This document shows, one piece after another, positions 47,201 to 55,291 of a DNA stretch of 64,000 bases. The notes beneath the pieces were generated by a model. It was given only the letters and a program-made list of their open reading frames with translations, did no database searches and was not told the origin of the DNA. This DNA is from Leptolyngbya sp. SOY_34_metabat_272 (GTDB taxonomy: Bacteria > Cyanobacteriota > Cyanobacteriia > FACHB-261). A program made the position numbers and the translations under genes. Numbering within the stretch: position 1 is the first letter of the stretch; each line of letters opens with the position of its first letter. The stretch covers positions 1,343-65,342 of the forward strand of contig JANNOU010000098.1 of the NCBI GenBank assembly GCA_031399305.1, in the 5' to 3' direction.

Positions 47201-47701
47201 GTCCAGCCGCTTGGCCACTCCGGTTTCAAAGATCGACTGGGTGATGTCAAAGCCCAGCTCCGACGAGCTGGGGATCTGCGCTTCCCGGTCGAAGCAATCA
47301 CCGAGCTTTACCTGCAGCTGGGCAAAGACAGAGGCAGCTCGGTCTAGGACTTCAGCGTCGTTGACAGCGCTGTTGGTGAGGGCCGCGCTCAAGGGCAGGC
47401 GCAGACACTCGTACCCCTGCAGTAGCAGCGTTTCCAACTCCGTATCCAGGACCAGGGCTGGATTGTAGAGCGACTTAAACACGTCTTCGAGCGAGTGAGC
47501 CACGGTTTTGATCGTCTCCAAGCCCACGCTGGCCGCCGCTCCCTTGAGCGTATGGGTCAAGCGCATGAGGATGTGGACTTTGGCGATGCTGTAGTGGTCC
47601 TTCAAGCCCAGCAGTTCTTGCTCGATCGTCTGCAGCAGCTCCGGGGCCTCCATCAGGAAGAACCGATAGGTCTGATCGCGGATCGTGGAGTCAGCGGTCA
47701 T
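44213..47701 (-). CDS. Hybrid CheA-like histidine kinase (Hpt - 2 degenerate Hpt-like repeats - dimerisation - HATPase - CheW-like - REC)
   Basis: Hpt LMRLTHTLKGAAASVGLETI (His codon 47552-47554); HATPase LLHLIRNAFDHGIE, DDGQGID, GRGIGLDVV; P5/CheW-like segment; C-terminal receiver LLVVDDSITLR...DLEMPRLNGFELL...KP. Confidence 0.92.
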   Translation of the reverse strand: MTADSTIRDQTYRFFLMEAPELLQTIEQELLGLKDHYSIAKVHILMRLTHTLKGAAASVGLETIKTVAHSLEDVFKSLYNPALVLDTELETLLLQGYECLRLPLSAALTNSAVNDAEVLDRAASVFAQLQVKLGDCFDREAQIPSSSELGFDITQSIFETGVAKRLDQLAALLVQPELASVASGLGAQAQVFVGLAESLKLPGFGAIAQTVLRALETHPEQAISIAQLALADFQRAQAAVLAGDRSRGGDPSPALQQLSQGLSQQLSQGLSQPEVAEPAAASQALAVFQAEVGKRLERLAAVFASLGDREVPATLGSRIGTALAAQAEVFLNLAETLKLPGFATIAHLTLDALAAHPEQVIPIAQVALADFQRGHAAVLAGDRVRGGEPSLTLQQLAGAIHLAAAPAESVSPPLEEVFGDFPAALEPEVSPAALPATPATPVTPATPVAVPPPAPVSKRPSEPAPAPAAPNTQTVRVELERLERLNDLAGELLTHQNRQALDDEQRQAAVQELLAQVQRHQQTLSQLRNWSNRLLLWPERQPRAIAGPQARPTVGAATALAAIRWRKPVLDQPPVALHFDTLELDPYGEFHGLLQSAWEEAAQLAETAEGIDFYVRKAGQTLEQQQRLLTQVRDDLMAARMLPLGEIFNRFPRLLQQLASRYHKPVELKLAGTQVLVDKVVAEKLYDPLLHLIRNAFDHGIEPPDNRRQCAKPATGQIQIRAYAQGRWTIIEVSDDGQGIDLEKIRRRALEIHWLSPEQAEHCSEAQLLELLFEPGFSTLPQVSDLSGRGIGLDVVRSQLQALQGSVSLHSQPQRGTTFALRLPLSLTVAKMLVCRVGRATYTLHSAAIEQVVMPQPGQVQRWQGRQVLCQGQDNHKRRLPLHKLADLLPYNCPLPEVPVALPAAGTAAPVANPILLIRREADLLGLEVDQILGEQELAIRPLSAGMSPPDYVCACSILADGHLSLVLDSAALSQQLLSPALGEKLLLAEEAPIPADSMAATLQPPPLLPTASLPAGPLAALPPRDWSLPTAMLKLLVVDDSITLRQNLALTLQKAGYQVLQARDGREALDQLHLTTGIQLVICDLEMPRLNGFELLSQLAQDPKLAQLPVVILTSRSGDKHRQLALGLGAAAYLTKPYLEHQLLAAVADLLDREALASIFS
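46886..46933. repeat. Perfect 24-bp x2 (12-bp x4) in-frame tandem repeat in the CheA linker
   Basis: ttgactgagccc ttgactgagctg ttgactgagccc ttgactgagctg, encoding QQLSQGLSQQLSQGLS on the minus strand. Confidence 0.9.
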
Positions 47702-47773
47702 GGGTGCGAGCCTCGTCAGATGGGCGTTGTGCGATGCGTGGCGTCAGCGATCAGCGAGCAGGTCAATGCCGGC

Positions 47774-50700
47774 CTACCCTTGGGCATCCGGATCAACCTT
47801 GAACTGGCCGACGCTCGCCAGCAGCCCTTCGGCCATGACCAGCAGCGACTTGAACGAAGCGGCCAGTTGCACCGAGTCCTCAGAAGTCTTGTTGGCAATT
47901 GTGGCCACCGTGCTCATCGTCTGGGTCACTGATTGCGATTGCTGCGTTTGCACCTGCGTGGCTTGGGTGATGCCCTCAACTAAGTGGCTGATCTGGCTGG
48001 TCGCCTCCACAACCGCGTTGAGGCTGGTGCGCGTCTCATTCACCAGGTTGGTGCCTTCGACCACGCGCTGGATGCCGGTCTCCATCGCTGCCGCCACCGC
48101 ACCGGTTTCTAGCTGAATCTCCTGGACTAGTTTTTCGATTTCGCTGGTCGCGGCGGCGGACTGCCGAGCCAGCGAGCGCACTTCGTCGGCCACCACTGCA
48201 AAGCCCCGTCCGTACTCACCTGCCCGTGTGGCTTCAATCGAGGCGTTCAAGGCTAGCAACTGGGTCTGCGAGGTGAAGTTGCCGATCAGATTCACCACCC
48301 TGGAGATCTTTTGCGATGACTCGCTCAGGCGTTTAATTTTTTGGCTGGTTTCCGCTACCGTTTCGCGGATTTCCAGGATGCCATCCACAGTGCGGTTCAT
48401 CGCAGCATCCCCAGCCTTCACGGTCTGGTTCGCTTGTTGCACAGCGGCTTCTACCTGGCGCGCGTCGGCGGCGACCACCTGAGTCGAGTGACTCATGGTC
48501 TGAATCTGAGCCAGGGTGAGACTGAGTTCGCGGAATTGCGCCTGCGCTTGGCTCGAAAGTTCGCTAATCGAGGCTTCGCTGCTGCGGGAGGTCTGCGCCA
48601 CTCGGGTGGTCGCCGTCTGCACCTGCATGACAATTTTGCGCAGAGACTGGATCGTGTTGTTGTAGGCATCGGCGATCGTGCCTACCTCGTCCTCGGTCAC
48701 CGGCGCACGGACGGTCAAATCTCCACGCAACACCGGTCTGACAGCAGCCAGTAGCTGGACTGCTCGTCCCTGAAGCTGCTCTTTGGCCGCTTTTTCCCGG
48801 CTAGCTGCCTCGGCCAGCTGCTGGGCCTGCGCCTGAACTTGGCCTAAATACTCGGCCTGCTGCAGCGCCACGCCCAGCTGCGCGCCAATCTGTTTGAGCA
48901 GGTTCACGTCTGACTCGTCCCAGTGGCGCGGCCCGGTGTTCTGAAAAGCTGACAGCAAGCCCCAGAGCTTCTGACCCTGTAGGATAGGCACGACCAGGCA
49001 AGCTTTGACCTGGAACCGCTCTAGGGCTTCCACATGACAGGGGGTCATCCCTGCATGGTAGATGTCGTCCACCACTAGGGCTTCGTTGTTGCGGAAGCGA
49101 CCACCTTGATGCTCTTGCAGGTAAGGGTCTTCCCAGGCGGTAAGCCGCTCCGGGCCAACCAGTTTGGGCCAGCCAGGCGCTTCAGACTCTGCCACAAAAT
49201 CGCCGAAATAGTCGGGGCGAAACTTATAGATCGATAGGCGCTCCACCGCCAACAGTTGGCGAACCTCCTGGGTAGTATTCCTGAAAATCGTGTTGATGTC
49301 CAGGGTTTTGCGAATCTTGTCAACTACGGCCCCGGCGGCTCGCTCGCGTTCTGCGACCTTGGCGAGTTGCTCAGACTTGGCCTGCACTTGCGCCAGATAT
49401 TCTGCTTGTTGTAGAGCCACGCCCAGTTGTGTGCCAACCTGGCTCATCAGTCTAATTTCGTTTTCTTCCCAGTGCCTTGGGCCACTGTTTTGAAAGGCTG
49501 AGAGCAAGCCCCAGAGCTTCTGACCCTGGAAAATCGCCACGACTAGACAGGCTTTGACGCCGAAATACTCCAGCGCTTCCACATGGCATTCGCTCAGGCC
49601 ACCGTTGTAGACATCCTCTACCACCAAGGGCTCATTGTTGCGGAAACGGCCCCCTTGGTGCTCATTTAAGTAAGGGTCTTCCCAACCGCTGCCCACCAGT
49701 GCAGGCCAATCTCCTGACTCAGACTCCACCAGAAAGTCACCGAAATAGTCTGGGCGGAATTTGTAGATCGTTAGGCGCTCTACCCCCAGCAGTTTACGGA
49801 CTTCCTGCGTCGTCGTCTTGAAGATGGTGTCGATATCTAGGGTCTTGCGAATCTTGTCGATCACATTGGCAACCGCTCGCTCTTGCTGCGCGGTTTTGGC
49901 GAGCTGGTCGGATTTAGCCTGCACTTGCACCACGTATTCTTCTTGTTGCAGGGCGACGCCCAGCTGTGTGCCAACTTGAGACAGCAGCTTGACTTCATCC
50001 TCGTCCCAATGCCGGGGTCCACTATGCTGAAAGGCTGACAATAAACCCCACAACTTTTGACCTTGTGTGATCGCGACGACCGCACAGGACTTCACTCCAA
50101 AATATTCCAGGGCTTCCACATGGCACTCAGTCAAGCCACCGTTGTAGACGTCGTCTACCACCAGGGGCTCGTTGTTGCGGAAGCGGCCCCCTTGATGTTC
50201 ATTCAAGTAGGAATCTTCCCAACCACTGCCCACTAGTGGCGGCCAATCCCCTAAACCAGACTCAACAACGAAGTCGCCGAAATAGTCAGCGCGGAATTTG
50301 TAGATGGTCACACGCTCGACGCCTAGCAATTTACGAATCTCTTGGGTCGTGGTTTCAAAAATCGAGTCGACTTCTTGGGGTGAGCGACGAATCTTTTCGA
50401 TGACTTTAGCGACAGTTCGCTCTCGCTGCGCGACTTTGGCCAACTGCTCTGATTTAGCTTGGACTTGCTCTAGGTATTCTGCCTGCTGCAAAGCTAAGCC
50501 TAACTGAGTTCCGATCTGAACGGTTACGTTCACCTCACCCTCTGTCCATTGCCGGGCACCCGAGTTCTGATAGACGGCTAGTAACCCCCAAAGCTTTTCT
50601 CCCTGCGCAATCGCGACAATGATGTAGGCTTTGGCCTGGTAGCGCTCCAGCATCTCGATGTAACAGGGCGGGAAGTCTTCGCTGTAGATGTCATTAGCGA

Positions 50701-52894
50701 CTCGAAAAACGCCGCCTCTGCGATAGAAGCCTCCCTGAGTTCTCTGGATGTGGGTGTCTGTCCACTGGGCCATTTTGTCGCCCAGGAGTTTTACACTGCA
50801 CTCACTGATATTCTCTTTGAGGATGGGATTATCGATTTGCTCCTGCATCAACGCGGTCCAATTGCTGGCTACCGACTCTGCGACGAATTCACCGCTCCAG
50901 TCAGAATTAAAGCGATAGAGCGCGACCCGCTCTGCGACTAGCAAATTACGGACATCTTGCGTCGCTGTCTTAAAGATCGCGTTGACATCCAGCGGCCTAC
51001 GGATTTTGTCCACGATTTTGGTGACAGCCTGCTCCCGCTCTGCCGCTTTGATCAGCTCTGATTGTTGAATCGCCAAGCCTAGTTGAGGTGCAATTTGGCG
51101 CATCAGGTTGATTTCCCAATATTGCCATGGGTGCGGCCCAGAATTGTGATAAGCCGCCAGCAACCCCCAGAGTTGGTTGCCCTGAAAAATCGGCAAAATC
51201 AGATAAGCCCTAGCCTGGTACATCTCCAGCCGCCGGATGTAGCAGGGGTCAAAGCCCATAGCATAGACGTCATCTACCTGCTTGAACGGTTGCCCGCGCC
51301 GGTAAGCTCCACCGCGCGTGCCTTGGAGGTAAGTGTCTGTGTCCGGTCTGCTGAGTGTCAAATCTTTGAGGGTACAACGGTCTGAGGTGGTTGTGTCCAG
51401 CAGCAGGTAGTCATTCTGGGCCTGGGCCTGAACCACAGCCGTCCAATCGGCTCCGACTGACTCGACCACAAACTCGCCGCTCCAGTCAGGGTTGAAGCGA
51501 TAAATTCCGACCCGGTCAGCCTTCAGAAGTTGGCGTAACTCCCGAGTGACAATCTGAAAGATAGCGCCGATATCTGGAGTTTGCCGGATCCGGGCGGTGA
51601 CTTTAGCGACCGCTTCATCCAGCTCTACAGACCGCTGCAGTTGTTCTGCTTGATCGCGAATCTGCTGGATGTCTTCTGCTTGCTGTAAAGCAATCCACAA
51701 AGATCCACAGATTTGCTTGAGCACACTTTTTTCGAGGTCTGTCCAAACGCGGGGACCAGAGTTCTGGTAGGCAGCCAGTAAGCCCCACAACTTCTCGCGA
51801 GCGAAAATTGGGACAACCACATAGGCTTTGACTTGAAACTGCTCTAAAACTTCGATATGACAGTCAGAATGCCCGACCTTATAGATGTCATCAACGGCAA
51901 AGGTTTCACCTCGTGCATAGCGCCCACCCTGAGTCTCTTGCAGGTGGGTGTCTTCCCAAATCGTTTTGATATCGGGTCCCACCAAAGGCACCCAGTCTGC
52001 GCCAGCAGACTCGGCTACAAACTCGCCACCCCATTCGTTATTAAAGCGGTAAACAGCAACGCGATCACAGGTCAGCAACCGCCGTAATTCCTGGGTTGCA
52101 GTTTGGAAAATAGCAGCGACCGCTTGAGGTTCGCGAATTTTGTCAATGACTCTAGCAGAAACTCTTTCTACCTGCAGGGCTCTTCGCTGCTGCAGATCAA
52201 ATTCGAAGCGCTGCAAACCAATCGTCAGCTGCGTGGTTACTTGATAAAGTAAGTTAATTTCAACTTCTTGCCAGTGTCGGGGCGCGACGCACTGTTGTAC
52301 AACTAGCAAACCCCAAATCTGATCACCTGTTAAAATCGGTAAGCTCACGCTTGACCTGACTTGTAAACGTTCTAGGAGTTGAATCTGGTAGGGGCTTAGC
52401 TCAGCAGTCTGTACATCAGCAATCGCAACAAACAGTTGTTCCAGATACTCAATGGCTTGTTCGGCTCCGAAGCTCGCAGCTGCAAGGATTTGCCCTATGG
52501 CCGGTGCCCAGCCTCGCCCTACGGTCTCTGAGGTGACTACGCCCTGGCTTTCGGTGTCGAAACGGTAAATCAGCACACGGTCGGCCTGCAACCTATTGCG
52601 CACTTCTGTCACCGTAGTCTTCAATAAAGCTCCCAAGTCTTGAGCCAAGCGCATTTGGCCGACAATAGCCAAAACTTGCTCCCGCTCAGCCTTAAACGCC
52701 TGGGGGACCGACTCCATTTGGCCGTGGTTGCTCGGTTCTTTTGCAGACTTGATTTGAGACGGTGCTGGCATAGGTAAAGATTCCGTTGAAGAGAAGTCAG
52801 AGGTGGACTCTTGAATGGGTACTGGGGAAATTAGAGAGGGAAAGTTTTTCTCCAACATCTCTTCAATGTATTGAGAAGAATCAGAATTTTCCAT
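47774..52894 (-). CDS. Methyl-accepting chemotaxis protein with seven N-terminal GAF domains (cyanobacteriochrome-type photoreceptor, PixJ/PtxD-like)
   Basis: The C-terminus has a HAMP-like segment plus the MCP signalling domain (LALNASIEATRAGEYGRGFAVVADEVRSLA). GAF2, 5, 6 and 7 carry the bilin Cys-His motif (SDCHIEVLEQFQVKA; ECHVEALEYFGVK x2; PCHVEALERFQVKA). GAF3 and GAF4 carry Cys-Tyr. GAF1 lacks the Cys. I see no hydrophobic TM segment. Confidence 0.9.
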   Translation of the reverse strand: MENSDSSQYIEEMLEKNFPSLISPVPIQESTSDFSSTESLPMPAPSQIKSAKEPSNHGQMESVPQAFKAEREQVLAIVGQMRLAQDLGALLKTTVTEVRNRLQADRVLIYRFDTESQGVVTSETVGRGWAPAIGQILAAASFGAEQAIEYLEQLFVAIADVQTAELSPYQIQLLERLQVRSSVSLPILTGDQIWGLLVVQQCVAPRHWQEVEINLLYQVTTQLTIGLQRFEFDLQQRRALQVERVSARVIDKIREPQAVAAIFQTATQELRRLLTCDRVAVYRFNNEWGGEFVAESAGADWVPLVGPDIKTIWEDTHLQETQGGRYARGETFAVDDIYKVGHSDCHIEVLEQFQVKAYVVVPIFAREKLWGLLAAYQNSGPRVWTDLEKSVLKQICGSLWIALQQAEDIQQIRDQAEQLQRSVELDEAVAKVTARIRQTPDIGAIFQIVTRELRQLLKADRVGIYRFNPDWSGEFVVESVGADWTAVVQAQAQNDYLLLDTTTSDRCTLKDLTLSRPDTDTYLQGTRGGAYRRGQPFKQVDDVYAMGFDPCYIRRLEMYQARAYLILPIFQGNQLWGLLAAYHNSGPHPWQYWEINLMRQIAPQLGLAIQQSELIKAAEREQAVTKIVDKIRRPLDVNAIFKTATQDVRNLLVAERVALYRFNSDWSGEFVAESVASNWTALMQEQIDNPILKENISECSVKLLGDKMAQWTDTHIQRTQGGFYRRGGVFRVANDIYSEDFPPCYIEMLERYQAKAYIIVAIAQGEKLWGLLAVYQNSGARQWTEGEVNVTVQIGTQLGLALQQAEYLEQVQAKSEQLAKVAQRERTVAKVIEKIRRSPQEVDSIFETTTQEIRKLLGVERVTIYKFRADYFGDFVVESGLGDWPPLVGSGWEDSYLNEHQGGRFRNNEPLVVDDVYNGGLTECHVEALEYFGVKSCAVVAITQGQKLWGLLSAFQHSGPRHWDEDEVKLLSQVGTQLGVALQQEEYVVQVQAKSDQLAKTAQQERAVANVIDKIRKTLDIDTIFKTTTQEVRKLLGVERLTIYKFRPDYFGDFLVESESGDWPALVGSGWEDPYLNEHQGGRFRNNEPLVVEDVYNGGLSECHVEALEYFGVKACLVVAIFQGQKLWGLLSAFQNSGPRHWEENEIRLMSQVGTQLGVALQQAEYLAQVQAKSEQLAKVAERERAAGAVVDKIRKTLDINTIFRNTTQEVRQLLAVERLSIYKFRPDYFGDFVAESEAPGWPKLVGPERLTAWEDPYLQEHQGGRFRNNEALVVDDIYHAGMTPCHVEALERFQVKACLVVPILQGQKLWGLLSAFQNTGPRHWDESDVNLLKQIGAQLGVALQQAEYLGQVQAQAQQLAEAASREKAAKEQLQGRAVQLLAAVRPVLRGDLTVRAPVTEDEVGTIADAYNNTIQSLRKIVMQVQTATTRVAQTSRSSEASISELSSQAQAQFRELSLTLAQIQTMSHSTQVVAADARQVEAAVQQANQTVKAGDAAMNRTVDGILEIRETVAETSQKIKRLSESSQKISRVVNLIGNFTSQTQLLALNASIEATRAGEYGRGFAVVADEVRSLARQSAAATSEIEKLVQEIQLETGAVAAAMETGIQRVVEGTNLVNETRTSLNAVVEATSQISHLVEGITQATQVQTQQSQSVTQTMSTVATIANKTSEDSVQLAASFKSLLVMAEGLLASVGQFKVDPDAQG

Positions 52895-52963
52895 GATTGA
52901 GTTTCCCTCAAAAACGGGATTGATGAGTTAATTTTCTCGATTAATTCAACGGTGCATAATTCG

Positions 52964-53476
52964 TCAAAGAGTCATCTGTGCAACGGCTCCAGCATCGAGG
53001 ATCAAACTCCCTATGTCTGCCAAGTATCCCTGCACGTAAGGTAGGAGACTGGAGGAGAATAAGCCAGCAGGGGGAGCTTTTATCTTTTGTGGATCGTGTG
53101 ATTCGATATCATCTACTTGACGGATGACCAGCCCCAAAAATTGACCGCTCGCCCAAATAACTACGATTACATTTTCATCAAAAAAACTCGCAGCCTGAGG
53201 CGCTGGCAGCAGGCCCAAAAAATGATCTAGATCTATCAGCCACAACATCTTTCCACGCCAGTTATAAATACCCGGAACGTGATTTGGCATTTGAGGAACT
53301 GGTAAGATATCGGGCTTTGACACGCGTAATATCGCCACGATGCTATCAACAGCAAGCAGGGCTGTGTCCTCTGTTCCCAGAGAGATTCGTAAAAATTTTT
53401 GCTCTGAATTGGCGGAGGTGTCAGAACTGAGATCATTACCAGGTAAAGCCAGAAGCGATTGATCAAAAGATGACAT
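52964..53476 (-). CDS. CheW-like coupling protein
   Basis: FLRISLGTEDTALLAVDSIVAILRVSKPDILPVPQMPNHVPGIYNWRGKMLWLIDL is a CheW domain. Confidence 0.88.
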   Translation of the reverse strand: MSSFDQSLLALPGNDLSSDTSANSEQKFLRISLGTEDTALLAVDSIVAILRVSKPDILPVPQMPNHVPGIYNWRGKMLWLIDLDHFLGLLPAPQAASFFDENVIVVIWASGQFLGLVIRQVDDIESHDPQKIKAPPAGLFSSSLLPYVQGYLADIGSLILDAGAVAQMTL

Positions 53477-53487
53477 GGGTGGCTTCC

Positions 53488-53853
53488 CTATTTAATTAGT
53501 TGGTGGACGATTGTCATCAACTCTGTGGGATTGACAGGCTTGGGTAGGTAAGCATCTGCTCCTAACATATTGCCCCAGATTCGGTCCACCTCAGTCCCCT
53601 TAGTTGAGCAGAGAACAATCGGAATTTGGCTAGTAACCGGATTTGTCTTTAATTCATGACACAGTTCAAATCCGCTTTGGCCTGGCAAAATGACATCCAG
53701 AACAATTAGGTCTGGCTTCTGAAAACTCTTCAGCCTAGATTGCGCTTCTTCACTGCTGTTAACCGAAACGACAAGCAAACCTGCCTGTTTTAGATAGCCG
53801 GTCAAAATTGCCAGCTCGGTGAGACTATCTTCAACCACTAAGACTGTGCCCAC
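53488..53853 (-). CDS. CheY-like single-domain response regulator
   Basis: TVLVVEDSLTE...DLIVLDVILPGQSGFEL...STKG...KP is a receiver domain. I place the start at GTG 53853 (GAGAGG 7 nt upstream), giving 121 aa. The ORF stays open to TTG 53946, which would overlap the upstream gene. Confidence 0.85.
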   Translation of the reverse strand: MGTVLVVEDSLTELAILTGYLKQAGLLVVSVNSSEEAQSRLKSFQKPDLIVLDVILPGQSGFELCHELKTNPVTSQIPIVLCSTKGTEVDRIWGNMLGADAYLPKPVNPTELMTIVHQLIK

Positions 53854-53924
53854 GATTTTGCCTCTCAGAACAACGACTTGAACGACTTGAATCGAAATAT
53901 CAGAATCTAAGTTTGGCAACCAAA

Positions 53925-55154
53925 CTAAATTGCCTGATAGTGCCAAGAGAAGGGGTTAGATTGTGATGAGGCTAGCACAGGCAAATATTTTCTCAAGATG
54001 GTCAGTACTTTATCGTTCTCTATTGGCTTGGCAAGAAAGTCGGACGAGCCTGAGAGCTTGGCTCGAACTCGATCTACGATGCCGTCGTTACCAGTCAAAA
54101 TCACGACGGGCGTATTCTTAAAGCTCGAAACTCTGCGAATTTGAGTACAGATTTCGTAGCCGTTAGCGATCGGCATAACCAAATCCAGGAAAATTAAATC
54201 CGGCCGATCTTCCAACAATATCGGCAGTGCCTGCACTGGGTCTCGGATACTGATACATCGACAACCGGCTCGTGTCAGAATTTCCTCCATAAGTTGACAG
54301 TCGATAGGGCTGTCATCCACACAGGCAATCAATGGCCCTCTGAGAATATCTGGCGGTGGCAGTGGGAGCGGTGCGGCAGTAGCTACCGCTACTGCTCTGA
54401 CTCCTGATGGCGCTGAGCCCGCGACCAATCGATCTGGAACTTGAGTCAGCCCGACCCACTGTTTGTGAAGGTAGGGCATCAAGGACCGGGTCAGTAGCAA
54501 AGGATCTTTACGCATCAGAGAAGCCAACTCCCGCAGCGTACGTTTGCCGTCGATGGCAGCCACCAGTTTTTGGTAGAGGCCAGCAGAAACTTGTTGTCGC
54601 AGTTGTTCCGGTTGCAGCAAAACAGGGGCTAGATTCGGTGAGTAGTCTCTTAAACCTGCGCTGCACCAAGCTTCCCAAGCCTGCTGGCACCTTTGGAGCG
54701 CCTGTTCAGCATGAATGAGGGTCAACACCACATCTGAGACATGCTGCTGCCTGCAAGTCAGGCTGAGCTGGTTGGACGCTCCCTGCTGCAGGACATCGAA
54801 GAAGACTTCCGAGATCGTGTCCTGAATTAACGCAACCGCCTGTCCCCGGGTGAGTTTCTGTTGTCTCACGAAGGCCGTGAGCAGGCTGTAATGCAGATTT
54901 GAGGGCCTTCCGGCATCTGACCTGCCGATGATGTTTGGTTCCAATTGAAGGGAATACTTCGCCAGCAGACGATGCCAGCGCCGGACCGGGTGCTGACCAC
55001 CGGTCGCCCAAATTAGGCGACCCAAGAGGAAAAACAAACTCCATCTCTGTCTACCGGAGGCTCGAACCTCAAGTTCCCCGGAGAAGCGCAACTGCTGGTT
55101 GGCTCTTAACTGACTGCTTAAATTTTCTACGCTTGGACGATCAGAAGCTGTCAC
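53925..55154 (-). CDS. PatA-type response regulator (PATAN domain + REC)
   Basis: N-terminal PATAN pattern LRFSGELEVRASGRQRWSLFFLLGRLIWATGGQHPVRRWHRLL. C-terminal receiver IACVDDSPIDCQLME...DLIFLDLVMPIANGYEI...KP. GTG start. Confidence 0.88.
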   Translation of the reverse strand: MTASDRPSVENLSSQLRANQQLRFSGELEVRASGRQRWSLFFLLGRLIWATGGQHPVRRWHRLLAKYSLQLEPNIIGRSDAGRPSNLHYSLLTAFVRQQKLTRGQAVALIQDTISEVFFDVLQQGASNQLSLTCRQQHVSDVVLTLIHAEQALQRCQQAWEAWCSAGLRDYSPNLAPVLLQPEQLRQQVSAGLYQKLVAAIDGKRTLRELASLMRKDPLLLTRSLMPYLHKQWVGLTQVPDRLVAGSAPSGVRAVAVATAAPLPLPPPDILRGPLIACVDDSPIDCQLMEEILTRAGCRCISIRDPVQALPILLEDRPDLIFLDLVMPIANGYEICTQIRRVSSFKNTPVVILTGNDGIVDRVRAKLSGSSDFLAKPIENDKVLTILRKYLPVLASSQSNPFSWHYQAI

Positions 55155-55261
55155 TATCGTCTCTACTCCAAGTGGTCATCTCTGGGAGAGTCCCTGAAGT
55201 AGATGCACTGATGCTGAGACTAAGATTGTCACACCCTTCTCTGTTCAAGCAGGGCACACTA

Positions 55262-55291
55262 TTCAAATAGGGCATCTTCAAATAGGGCATC
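55262..55291. promoter_or_regulatory. Perfect 15-bp tandem direct repeat upstream of the chemosensory operon
   Basis: ttcaaatagggcatc ttcaaatagggcatc, 108-137 bp upstream of the PatA-type gene start. Confidence 0.4.
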
